64,000 bases of DNA from the human T2T-CHM13v2.0 reference genome, Homo sapiens. Location: assembly GCF_009914755.1 (NCBI RefSeq), contig NC_060941.1. The stretch is one strand, 5' to 3'. Each line of letters opens with the position of its first letter. Positions within the stretch are counted from its first letter, which is position 1. The notes beneath the pieces were generated by a model. It was not told the DNA's origin, ran no database searches, and was given only the letters and a program-made list of their open reading frames with translations. This document shows, one piece after another, positions 43,104-56,700 of the stretch. The position numbers were made by a program, and so were the translations under genes.

Positions 43104-46100
43104 TAAACAGAAGCATTTTCAGAAACTTCTTTGTGATACTTGCATTCAACTCACAGAGTTGAACTTTCCTTTCGAGAGAGAAGCTTTGAAACACTCTTTT
43201 TCCAGAATCTGCAAGTGGACATTTGGAGGGCTTTGAGGCCTGTGGTGGAAAAGGAATTATCTTCCTGTAAAAGCTAGATAGAAGCATTCTCAGAAACTAC
43301 TTTGTGATGATTGCATTCAAGTCACAGAGTTGAACATTCCCTTTGACAGAGCAGTTTGGAAACTCTCTTTGTGTAGAATCTGCAAGTGGAGATATGGACC
43401 GCTTTGAGGCCTATGGTAGTAAAGGAAATAGCTTCATATAAAAGCTAGACAGTAGCATTCACAGAAAACTCTTGGTGACGACTGAGTTTAACTCACAGAG
43501 CTGAACATTCCTTTGGAGGGAGCAGTTTCGAAACACACTATTTGTAGAATGTGCAAGTGGATATTTGGGCCTCTCTGAGGATTTCGTTGGAAACGGGATA
43601 AACGGCACAGAAATAAACAGAAGAATTCTCAAATCCTTCTTCGTGATGTTTGCATTCAACTCTCAGTGCTGAACCTTTCTTTGATAGATCAGCTTTGAAA
43701 CACTCTTTTTGTAGAAACTGCAAGTGGATATTTGGTGCTCTCTGAGGATTTCGTTGGAAACGGGATAAACCGCACAGAACTAAACAGAAGCATTCTCAGA
43801 ACCTTCTTCGTGATGTCTGCATTCAACTCACAGTGTGGAACCTTTCTTTGATAGTTCAGCTTTGAAACACTCTTTTTGTAGAAACTGTAAGGGGATTATT
43901 GCACTTCTTTGAGGCCTACCGTAGTAAAGGAAATTACTTCCTATAAAAAGAAGACAGAAGCTTTCTCAGAAAATTCTTTGGGATGACTGAGTTGAACTCA
44001 CAGAGCTGAACATTCCTTGCGATGTAGCAGTTTAGAAACACACTTTCTGCAGAATCTGCAAGTGCATATTTGGACCTCTCTGAGGAATTCGTTGGAAACG
44101 GGATAATTTCAGCTGACTAAACAGAAGCAGTCTCAGAATCTTCTTTGTGATGTTTGCATTCAAATCCCAGAGTTGAACTTTCCTTTCAAAGTTCACGTTT
44201 GAAACACTCTTTTTGCAGGATCTACAAGTGGATATTTGGACCACTCTGTGTCCTTCGTTCGAAACGGGTATATCTTCACATGACATCTAGACAGAAGCAT
44301 TCTCAGAAGCTTCTCTGTGATGACTGCATTCAACTCACGGAGTTGAACACTCCTTTTGAGAGCGCAGTTTTGAAACTCTCTTTCTGTGGCATCTGCAAGG
44401 GGACATGTAGACCTCTTTGAAGATTTCGTTGGAAACGGAATCATCTTCACATAAAAACTATACAGATGCATTCTCAGGAACTTTTTGGTGATGTTTGTAT
44501 TCAACTCCCAGAGTTGAACTTTCCTTTGGAAAGAGCAGCTATGAAACACTCTTTTTCTAGAATCTGCAAGCGGACGTTTGGAGGGCTTTGTGGTTTGTGG
44601 TGGAAAAGGAAATATCTTCACCTAAATACTAGACAGAAGCATTCTCAGAAACTGCTTTGTGATGATTGCATTCACCTCACAGAGTTGAACATTCCTATTG
44701 ATAGAGCAGTTTGGAAACACTCCTGTTGTGGAATGTGCAAGTGGAGATTTGGAGCGCTTTGAGGCCTATGGTAGTAAAGGGAATAGCTTCATAGAAAAAC
44801 TAGACAGAAGCATTCTCAGAAAATACTTTGTGATGATTGAGTTTAACTCACAGAGCTGAACATTCCTTTGGATGGAGCAGGCTTGAGACACACTTTTTGT
44901 AGAATCTACAAGTGGATATTTGGACCTCTCTGAGGATTTCGTTGGAAACGGGATAACTGCACCTAACTAAACGGAAGCATTCTCAGAAACTTCTTGGTGA
45001 TGTTTGCATTCAAATCCCAGAGTTGAACCTTCCTTTGATAGTTCAGGTTTGAAACACTCTTTTTGTAGGATCTGCAAGTGGATATTTGGACCACTCTGTG
45101 GCCTTCGTTCGAAACGGGTACATCTTCGCATAAAATCTAGACAGAAGCCTTCTCAGAAACTTCTCTGTGATGATTGCATTCAACTCACAGAGTTGAACCC
45201 TACTATGGATAGAGCAGTGTTGAAACTCTCTTTTTGTGGAATCTGCAAGTGGATATGTGGACCTCTCCGAAGATGTCTTTGGAAAGGGGACTATCTTCAC
45301 ATAAAAACTAAACAGAAGCATTCTCAGAAACTTCTCTGTGATGTTTGTGTTCAACTCCCAGAGTGTCACATTGCTTTTCATAGAGTAGTTCTGAAACGAG
45401 CTTTTCGCAGTGTCTGCAAGTGGACATTTGGAGCGCTTTCAGGCCTGTGGTGGAAAACGAATTATGGTCACATAAAAACTGGAGAGAAGCATTGTCAGAA
45501 ACTTCTTTGTGATGATTGCATTCAACTCACAGAGTTGAAGGTTCCTTTTCAAACAGCAGTTTCCAATCACTCTTTCTGTGGAATCTGCAAGTGGATATTT
45601 GGACCTCTTTGAAGATTTCGTTGGAAACGGGAGAATCTTCACAGAAAAGTTAAACAGAAGCATTCTCAGAAACTTCTTTGTGATGCTTGCATTCAACTCA
45701 CAGAGTTGAACTTTCCTTTCGAGAGAGAAGCTTTGAATCACTCTTTTTCCAGAATCTGCAAGTGGACATTTGGAGGGCTTTGAGGCCTGTGGTGGAAAAG
45801 GAATTATCTTCCCGTAAAAGCTAGATAGAAGCATTCTCAGAAACTACTTTGTGATGATTGCATTCAAGTCACAGAGTTGAACATTCCCTTTGACAGAGCA
45901 GTTTGGAAACTCTCTTTGTGTAGAATCTGCAAGTGGAGATATGGACCGCTTTGAGGCCTATGGTAGTAAAGGAAATAGCTTCATATAAAAGCTGGACAGT
46001 AGCATTCACAGAAAACTCTTGGTGACGACTGAGTTTAACTCACAGAGCTGAACATTCCTTTGGAGGGAGCAGTTTCGAAACACACTATTTATAGAATGTG

Positions 46101-49100
46101 CAAGTGGATATTTGGGCCTCTCTGAGGATTTCGTTGGAAACGGGATAAATGGCAAAGAAATAAACAGAAGCATTCTCAAAACCTTCTTCGTGATGTTTGC
46201 ATTCAACTCACAGTGTTGAACCTTTCTTTGATAGTTCAGGATTGAAACGGTCTTTCTGTGGAAACTGCAAGTAGATATTTTGACCTCTCTGAGGATTTCG
46301 TTGGAAACAGGATAAACCGCACAGAACTAAAACAGAAGCATTCTCAGAACCCTCTTCGTGATGTTTACATTGAACTCACAGTGCTGAAACTTTCTTTGAT
46401 AGTACAGCTTTGAAACACTCTTTTTGTAGAAACTGCAAGTGGATATTTGGTGCTCTCTGAGGATTTCGTTGGAAACGGGATAAACCGCACAGAACTAAAC
46501 AGAAGCATTCTCAGAACCTTCTTCGTGATGTCTGCATTCAACTCACAGTGTGGAAACTTTCTTTGATAGTTCAGGTTTGAAACACTCTTTTTGTAGAAAC
46601 TGCAAGGGGATAATTGCACTTCTTTGAGGCCTACCGTAGTAAAGGAAATAACTTCCTATAAAAAGAAGACAGAAGCTTTCTCAGAAAATTCTTTGGGATG
46701 ATTGAGTTGAACTCACAGAGCTGAACATTCCTTGCGATGTAGCAGTTTAGAAACAGACTTTCTGCAGAATCTGCAAGTGCATATTTGGACCTCTCTGAGG
46801 AATTCGTTGGAAACGGGATAATTTCAGCTGACTAAACAGAAGCAGTCTCAGAATCTTCTTTGTGATGTTTACATTCAAATCCCAGAGTTGAACTTTCCTT
46901 TCAAAGTTCACGTTTGAAACACTCTTTTTGCAGGATCTACAAGTGGATATTTGGACCACTCTGTGTCCTTCGTTCCAAACGGGTATATCTTCACATGACA
47001 TCTAGACAGAAGCATTCTCAGAAGCTTCTCTGTGATGACTGCATTCAACTCACGGAGTTGAACACTCCTTTTGAGAGCGCAGTTTTGAAACTCTCTTTCT
47101 GTGGCATCTGCAAGGGGACATGTAGACCTCTTTGAAGATTTCGTTGGAAACGGAATCATCTTCACATAAAAACTATACAGATGCATTCTCAGGAACTTTT
47201 TGGTGATGTTTGTATTCAACTCCCAGAGTTGAACTTTCCTTTGGAAAGAGCAGCTATGAAACACTCTTTTTCTAGAATCTGCAAGCGGACGTTTGGAGGG
47301 CTTTGTGGTTTGTGGTGGAAAAGGAAATATCTTCACCTAAATACTAGACAGAAGCATTCTCAGAAACTGCTTTGTGATGATTGCATTCACCTCACAGAGT
47401 TGAACATTCCTATTGATAGAGCAGTTTGGAAACACTCCTGTTGTGGAATGTGCAAGTGGAGATTTGGAGCGCTTTGAGGCCTATGGTAGTAAAGGGAATA
47501 GCTTCATAGAAAAACTAGACAGAAGCATTCTCAGAAAATACTTTGTGATGATTGAGTTTAACTCACAGAGCTGAACATTCCTTTGGATGGAGCAGGCTTG
47601 AGACACACTTTTTGTAGAATCTACAAGTGGATATTTGGACCTCTCTGAGGATTTCGTTGGAAACGGGATAACTGCACCTAACTAAACGGAAGCATTCTCA
47701 GAAACTTCTTGGTGATGTTTGCATTCAAATCCCAGAGTTGAACCTTCCTTTGATAGTTCAGGTTTGAAACACTCTTTTTGTAGGATCTGCAAGTGGATAT
47801 TTGGACCACTCTGTGGCCTTCGTTCGAAACGGGTACATCTTCGCATAAAATCTAGACAGAAGCCTTCTCAGAAACATCTCTGTGATGATTGCATTCAACT
47901 CACAGAGTTGAACCCTACTATGGATAGAGCAGTGTTGAAACTCTCTTTTTGTGGAATCTGCAAGTGGATATGTGGACCTCTCCGAAGATGTCTTTGGAAA
48001 GGGGACTATCTTCACATAAAAACTAAACAGAAGCATTCTCAGAAACTTCTCTGTGATGTTTGTGTTCAACTCCCAGAGTGTCACATTGCTTCTCATAGAG
48101 TAGTTCTGAAACATGCTTTTCGTAGTGTCTGCAAGGGGACATTTGGAGCGCTTTCAGGCCTGTGGTGGAAAACGAATTATGGTCACATAAAAACTGGAGA
48201 GAAGCATTGTCAGAAACTTCTTTCTGATGATTGCATTCAACTCACAGAGTTGAAGGTTCCTTTTCAAACAGCAGGTTCCAAACACTCTTTCTGTGGAATC
48301 TGCAAGTGGATATTTGGACCTCTTTGAAGATTTCGTTGGAAACGGGAGAATCTTCACAGAAAAGCTAAACAGAAGCATTCTCAGAAACTTCTTTGTGATG
48401 CTTGCATTCAACTCACAGAGTTGAACTTTCCTTTCGAGAGAGAAGCTTTGAAACACTCTTTTTCCAGAATCTGCAAGTGGACATTTGGAGGGCTTTGATG
48501 TCTGTGGTGGAAAAGGAATTATCTTCCCGTAAAAGCTAGATAGAAGAATTCTCAGAAACTACTTTGTGATGATTGCATTCAAGTCACAGAGCTGAACATT
48601 CCCTTTGACAGAGCAGTTTGGAAACTCTCTTTGTTTAGAATCTGCAAGTGGAGATATGGAATGCTTTGAGGCCTATGGTAGTAAAGGAAATAGCTTCATA
48701 TAAAAGCTAGACAGTAGCATTCACAGAAAACTCTTGGTGACGACTGAGTTTAACTCACAGAGCTGGACATTCCTTTGGATGGAGCAGTTTCGAAACACAC
48801 TATTTGTAGAATCTGCAAGTGGATATTTGGGCCTCTCTGAGGATTTCGTTGGAAACGGGATAAACCGCACAGAACTAAAACAGAAGCATTCTCGGAACCC
48901 TCTTCGTGATGTTTGCATTCAACTCACAGTGCTGAAACTTTCTTTGATAGTTCAGCTTTGAAACACTCTTTTTGTAGAAACTGCAAGTGGATATTTGGTC
49001 CTCTCTGAGGATTTCGTTGGAAATGGGATAAACCACACAGAACTAAACAGAAGCATTCTCAGAACCTTCTTCGTGATGTCTGCATTCAACTCACAGTGTG

Positions 49101-52100
49101 GAACCTTTCTTTGATAGTTCAGGTTTGAAACACTCTTTTTGTAGAAACTGCAAGGGGATAATTGCACTTCTTTGAGGCCTACCGTAGTAAAGGAAATAAC
49201 TTCCTATAAAAAGAAGACAGAAGCTTTCTCAGAAAATTCTTTGGGATGTTTGAGTTGAACTCACAGAGCTGAACATTTCTTGCGATGGAGCAGTTTAGAA
49301 ACACACTTTCTGCAGAATCTGCAATTGCATATTTGGACCTCTCTGAGGAATTCGTTGGAAACGGGATAATTTCAGCTGACTAAACAGAAGCAGTCTCAGA
49401 ATCTTCTTTGTGATGTTTGCATTCAAATCCCAGAGTTGAACTTTCCTTTCAAAGTTCACGTTTGAAACACTCTTTTTGCAGGATCTACAAGTGGATATTT
49501 GGACCACTCTGTGTCCTTCGTTCGAAACGGGTATATCTTCACATGACATCTAGACTGAAGCATTCTCAGAAGCTTCTCTGTGATGACTGCATTCAACTCA
49601 CGGAGTTGAACACTCCTTTTGAGAGCGCAGTTTTGAAACTCTGTTTCTGTGGCATCTGCAAGGGGACATGTAGACCTCTTTGAAGATTTCGTTGGAAACG
49701 GAATCATCTTCACATAAAAACTATACAGATGCATTCTCAGGAACTTTTTGGTGATGTTTGTATTCAACTCCCAGAGTTGAACTTTCCTTTGGAAAGAGCA
49801 GCTATGAAACACGCTTTTTCTAGAATCTGCAAGTGGACGTTTGGAGGGCTTTGTGGTTTGTGGTGGAAAAGGAAATATCTTCACCTAAATACTAGATAGA
49901 AGCATTCTCAGAAACTGCTTTGTGATGATTGCATTCACCTCACAGAGTTGACCATTCCTATTGATAGAGCAGTTTGGAAACACTCTTGTTGTGGAATGTG
50001 CAAGTGGAGATTTGGAGCGCTTTGAGGCCTATGGTAGTAAAGGGAATAGCTTCATAGAAAAACTAGACAGAAGCATTCTCAGAAAATACTTTGTGATGAT
50101 TGAGTTTAACTCACAGAGCTGAACATTCCTTTGGATGGAGCAGGTTCGAGACACACTTTTTGTAGAATCCACAAGTGGATATTTGGTCCTCTCTGAGGAT
50201 TTCGTTGGAAACGGGATAACTGCACCGAACTAAACGGAAGCATTCTCAGAAACTTCTTGGTGATGTTTGCATTCACATCGCAGAGTTGATCCTTCCTTTG
50301 ATACTTCAATTTTGAAACACTCTTTTTGTAGGATCTGCAAGTGGATATTTGGACCACTCTGTGGCCTTCGTTCGAAACGGGTACATCTTCGCATAAAATC
50401 TAGACAGAAGCCTTCTCAGAAACTTCTCTGTGATGATTGCATTCAACTCACAGAGTTGAACCCTCCTATGGATAGAGCAGTGTTGAAACTCTCTTTTTGT
50501 GGAATCTGCAAGTGGATATGTGGACCTCTCCGAAGATGTCTTTGGAAACGGGAATATCTTCACATAAAAACTACACAGAAGCATTCTCAGAAACTTCTCT
50601 GTGATGTTTGTGTTCAACTCCCAGAGTGTCACATTGCTTTTCATAGAGTAGTTCTGAAACGTGCTTTTCGTAGTGTCTGCAAGTGGACATTTGGAGCGCT
50701 TTCAGGCCTGTGGTGGAAAACGAATTATGGTCACATAAAAACTGGAGAGAAGCATTGTCAGAAACTTCTTTGTGATGATTGCATTCAACTCACAGAGTTG
50801 AAGGTTCCTTTTCAAACAGCAGTTTCCAATCACTCTTTCTGTGGAATCTGCAAGTGGATATTTGGACCTCTTTGAAGATTTCGTTGGAAACGGGAGAATC
50901 TTCACAGAAAAGTTAAACAGAAGCATTCTCAGAAACTTCTTTGTGATGCTTGCATTCAACTCACAGAGTTGAACTTTCCTTTCGAGAGAGAAGCTTTGAA
51001 ACACTCTTTTTCCAGAATCTGCAAGTGGACATTTGGAGGGCTTTGAGGCCTGTGGTGGAAAAGGAATTATCTTCCCGTAAAAGCTAGATAGAAGCATTCT
51101 CAGAAACTACTTTGTGATGATTGCATTCAAGTCACAGAGTTGAACATTCCCTTTGACAGAGCAGTTTGGAAACTCTCTTTGTGTAGAATCTGCAAGTGGA
51201 GATATGGACCGCTTTGAGGCCTATGGTAATAAAGGAAATAGCTTCATATAAAAGCTAGACAGTAGCATTCACAGAAAACTCTTGGTGACGACTGAGTTTA
51301 ACTCACAGAGCTGAACATTCCTTTGGAGGGAGCAGTTTCGAAACACACTATTTATAGAATGTGCAAGTGGATATTTGGGCCTCTCTGAGGATTTCGTTGG
51401 AAACGGGATAAATGGCAAAGAAATAAACAGAAGTATTCTCAAAACCTTCTTCGTGATGTTTGCATTCAACTCACAGTGTTGAACCTTTCTTTGATAGTTC
51501 AGGTTTGAAACGGTCTTTCTGTGGAAACTGCAAGTAGATATTTTGACCTCTCTGAGGATTTCGTTGGAAACAGGATAAACCGCACAGAACTAAAACAGAA
51601 GCATTCTCAGAACCCTCTTCGTGATGTTTACATTCAACTCACAGTGCTGAACCTTTCTTTGATAGTTCAGCTTTGAAACACTCTTTTTGTAGAAACTGCA
51701 AGTGGATATTTGGTGCTCTCTGAGGATTTCGTTGGAAACGGGATAAACCGCACAGAACTAAACAGAAGCATTCTCAGAACCTTCTTCGTGATGTCTGCAT
51801 TCAACTCACAGTGTGGAACCTTTCTTTGATAGTTCAGGTTTGAAACACTCTTTTTGTGGAAACTGCAAGGGGATAATAGCACTTCTTTGAGGCCTACCGT
51901 AGTAAAGGAAATAACTTCTTATAAAAAGAAGACAGAAGCTTTCTCAGAAAATTCTTTGGGATGATTGAGTTGAACTCACAGAGCTGAACATTCCTTGCGA
52001 TGGAGCAGTTTAGAAACACACTTTCTGCAGAATCTGCAAGTGCATATTTGGACCTCTCTGAGGAATTCGTTGGAAACGGGATAATTTCAGCTGACTAAAC

Positions 52101-53728
52101 AGAAGCAGTCTCAGAATCTTCTTTGTGATGTTTGCATTCAAATCCCAGAGTTGAACTTTCCTTTCAAAGTTCACGTTTGAAACACTCTTTTTGCAGGATC
52201 TACAAGTGGATATTTGGACCACTCTGTGTCCTTCGTTCGAAACGGGTATATCTTCACATGACATCTAGACAGAAGCATTCTCAGAAGCTTCTCTGTGATG
52301 ACTGCATTCAACTCACGGAGTTGAACACTCCTTTTGAGAGCGCAGTTTTGAAACTCTCTTTCTGTGGCATCTGCAAGGGGACATGTAGACCTCTTTGAAG
52401 ATTTCGTTGGAAACGGAATCGTCTTCACATAAAAACTATACAGATGCATTCTCAGGAACTTTTTGGTGATGTTTGTATTCAACTCCCAGAGTTGAACTTT
52501 CCTTAGAAAAGAGCAGCTATGAAACACTCTTTTTCTAGAATCTGCAAGTGGACGTTTGGAGGGCTTTGTGGTTTGTGGTGGAAAAGGAAATATCTTCACC
52601 TAAATACTAGATAGAAGCATTCTCAGAAACTGCTTTGTGATGATTGCATTCACCTCACAGAGTTGACCATTCCTATTGATAGAGCAGTTTGGAAACACTC
52701 TTGTTGTGGAATGTGCAAGTGCAGATTTGGAGCGCTTTGAGGCCTATGGTAGTAAAGGGAATAGCTTCATAGAAAATCTAGACAGAAGCATTCTCAGAAA
52801 ATACTTTGTGATGATTGAGTTTAACTCACAGAGCTGAACATTCCTTTGGATGGAGCAGGTTTGAGACACACTTTTTGTAGAATCTACAAGCGGATATTTG
52901 GACCTCTCTGAGGATTTCGTTGGAAACGGGATAACTGCACCTAACTAAACGGAAGCATTCTCAGAAACTTCTTGGTGATGTTTGCATTCAAATCCCAGAG
53001 TTGAACCTTCCTTTGATAGTTCAGGTTTGAAACACTCTTTTTGTAGGATCTGCAAGTGGATATTTGGACCACTCTGTGGCCTTCGTTCGAAACGGGTACA
53101 TCTTCGCATAAAATCTAGACAGAAGCCTTCTCAAAAACCTCTCTGTGATGATTGCATTCAACTCACAGAGTTGAACCCTCCTATGGATAGAGCAGTGTTG
53201 AAACTCTCTTTTTGTGGAATCTGCAAGTGGATATGTGGACCTCTCCGAAGATGTCTTTGGAAACGGGAATATCTTCACATAAAAACTAAACAGAAGCATT
53301 CTCAGAAAGTTCTCTGTGATGTTTGTGTTCAACTCCCAGAGTGTCACATTGTTTCTCATAGAGTAGTTCTGAAACATGCTTTCCGTAGTGTCTGCAAGGG
53401 GACATTTGGAGCACTTTCAGGCCTGTGGTGGAAAACGAATTATGGTCACATAAAAACTGGAGAGAAGCATTGTCAGAAACTTCTTTGTGATGATTGCATT
53501 CAACTCACAGAGTTGAAGGTTGCTTTTCAAACAGCAGTTTCCAAACACTCTTTCTGTGGAATCTGCAAGTAGATATTTGGACCTCTTTGAAGATTTCGTT
53601 GGAAACGGGAGAATCTTCACAGAAAAGCTAAACAGAAGCATTCTCAGAAACTTCTTTGTGATGCTTGCATTCAACTCACAGAGTTGAACTTTCCTTTCGA
53701 GAGAGAAGCTTTGAAACACTCTTTTTTC
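43104..53728 (+). repeat. Multi-HOR duplication of ~19672-30296 (offset 23,432 bp)
   Basis: Private variants recur at a constant offset: CATTTTCAG 19686/43118, GAAGAATTC 20191/43623, TTCCAAACGG ~23543/46975, CTCGGAACC ~25462/48894, TTAGAAAAG 29073/52505. Confidence 0.85.
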
Positions 53729-56700
53729 AGAATCTGCAAGTGGACATTTGGAGGGCTTTGATGTCTGTGGTGGAAAAGGAATTATCTTCCCGTAAAAGCT
53801 AGATAGAAGAATTCTCAGAAACTACTTTGTGATGATTGCATTCAAGTCACAGAGCTGAACATTCCCTTTGACAGAGCAGTTTGGAAACTCTCTTTGTTTA
53901 GAATCTGCAAGTGGAGATATGGAATGCTTTGAGGCCTATGGTAGTAAAGGAAATAGCTTCATATAAAAGCTAGACAGTAGCATTCACAGAAAACTCTTGG
54001 TGACGACTGAGTTTAACTCACAGAGCTGGACATTCCTTTGGATGGAGCAGTTTCGAAACACACTATTTGTAGAATCTGCAAGTGGATATTTGGGCCTCTC
54101 TGAGGATTTCGTTGGAAACGGGATAAACCGCACAGAACTAAAACAGAAGCATTCTCGGAACCCTCTTCGTGATGTTTGCATTCAACTCACAGTGCTGAAA
54201 CTTTCTTTGATAGTTCAGCTTTGAAACACTCTTTTTGTAGAAACTGCAAGTGGATATTTGGTCCTCTCTGAGGATTTCGTTGGAAATGGGATAAACCACA
54301 CAGAACTAAACAGAAGCATTCTCAGAACCTTCTTCGTGATGTCTGCATTCAACTCACAGTGTGGAACTTTTCTTTGATAGTTCAGGTTTGAAACACTCTT
54401 TTTGTAGAAACTGCAAGGGGATAATTGCACTTCTTTGAGGCCTACCGTAGTAAAGGAAATAACTTCCTATAAAAAGAAGACAGAAGCTTTCTCAGAAAAT
54501 TCTTTGGGATGTTTGAGTTGAACTCACAGAGCTGAACATTTCTTGCGATGGAGCAGTTTAGAAACACACTTTCTGCAGAATCTGCAATTGCATATTTGGA
54601 CCTCTCTGAGGAATTCGTTGGAAACGGGATAATTTCAGCTGACTAAACAGAAGCAGTCTCAGAATCTTCTTTGTGATGTTTGCATTCAAATCCCAGAGTT
54701 GAACTTTCCTTTCAAAGTTCACGTTTGAAACACTCTTTTTGCAGGATCTACAAGTGGATATTTGGACCACTCTGTGTCCTTCGTTCGAAACGGGTATATC
54801 TTCACATGACATCTAGACTGAAGCATTCTCAGAAGCTTCTCTGTGATGACTGCATTCAACTCACGGAGTTGAACACTCCTTTTGAGAGCGCAGTTTTGAA
54901 ACTCTGTTTCTGTGGCATCTGCAAGGGGACATGTAGACCTCTTTGAAGATTTCGTTGGAAACGGAATCATCTTCACATAAAAACTATACAGATGCATTCT
55001 CAGGAACTTTTTGGTGATGTTTGTATTCAACTCCCAGAGTTGAACTTTCCTTTGGAAAGAGCAGCTATGAAACACGCTTTTTCTAGAATCTGCAAGTGGA
55101 CGTTTGGAGGGCTTTGTGGTTTGTGGTGGAAAAGGAAATATCTTCACCTAAATACTAGATAGAAGCATTCTCAGAAACTGCTTTGTGATGATTGCATTCA
55201 CCTCACAGAGTTGACCATTCCTATTGATAGAGCAGTTTGGAAACACTCTTGTTGTGGAATGTGCAAGTGGAGATTTGGAGCGCTTTGAGGCCTATGGTAG
55301 TAAAGGGAATAGCTTCATAGAAAAACTAGACAGAAGCATTCTCAGAAAATACTTTGTGATGATTGAGTTTAACTCACAGAGCTGAACATTCCTTTGGATG
55401 GAGCAGGTTCGAGACACACTTTTTGTAGAATCCACAAGTGGATATTTGGTCCTCTCTGAGGATTTCGTTGGAAACGGGATAACTGCACCGAACTAAACGG
55501 AAGCATTCTCAGAAACTTCTTGGTGATGTTTGCATTCACATCGCAGAGTTGATCCTTCCTTTGATACTTCAAGTTTGAAACACTCTTTTTGTAGGATCTG
55601 CAAGTGGATATTTGGACCACTCTGTGGCCTTCGTTCGAAACGGGTACATCTTCGCATAAAATCTAGACAGAAGCCTTCTCAGAAACTTCTCTGTGATGAT
55701 TGCATTCAACTCACAGAGTTGAACCCTCCTATGGATAGAGCAGTGTTGAAACTCTCTTTTTGTGGAATCTGCAAGTGGATATGTGGACCTCTCCGAAGAT
55801 GTCTTTGGAAACGGGAATATCTTCACATAAAAACTACACAGAAGCATTCTCAGAAACTTCTCTGTGATGTTTGTGTTCAACTCCCAGAGTGTCACATTGC
55901 TTTTCATAGAGTAGTTCTGAAACGTGCTTTTCGTAGTGTCTGCAAGTGGACATTTGGAGCGCTTTCAGGCCTGTGGTGGAAAACGAATTATGGTCACATA
56001 AAAACTGGAGAGAAGCATTGTCAGAAACTTCTTTGTGATGATTGCATTCAACTCACAGAGTTGAAGGTTCCTTTTCAAACAGCAGTTTCCAATCACTCTT
56101 TCTGTGGAATCTGCAAGTGGATATTTGGACCTCTTTGAAGATTTCGTTGGAAACGGGAGAATCTTCACAGAAAAGTTAAACAGAAGCATTCTCAGAAACT
56201 TCTTTGTGATGCTTGCATTCAACTCACAGAGTTGAACTTTCCTTTCGAGAGAGAAGCTTTGAAACACTCTTTTTCCAGAATCTGCAAGTGGACATTTGGA
56301 GGGCTTTGAGGCCTGTGGTGGAAAAGGAATTATCTTCCCGTAAAAGCTAGATAGAAGCATTCTCAGAAACTACTTTGTGATGATTGCATTCAAGTCACAG
56401 AGTTGAACATTCCCTTTGACAGAGCAGTTTGGAAACTCTCTTTGTGTAGAATCTGCAAGTGGAGATATGGACCGCTTTGAGGCCTATGGTAATAAAGGAA
56501 ATAGCTTCATATAAAAGCTAGACAGTAGCATTCACAGAAAACTCTTGGTGACGACTGAGTTTAACTCACAGAGCTGAACATTCCTTTGGAGGGAGCAGTT
56601 TCGAAACACACTATTTATAGAATGTGCAAGTGGATATTTGGGCCTCTCTGAGGATTTCGTTGGAAACGGGATAAATGGCAAAGAAATAAACAGAAGTATT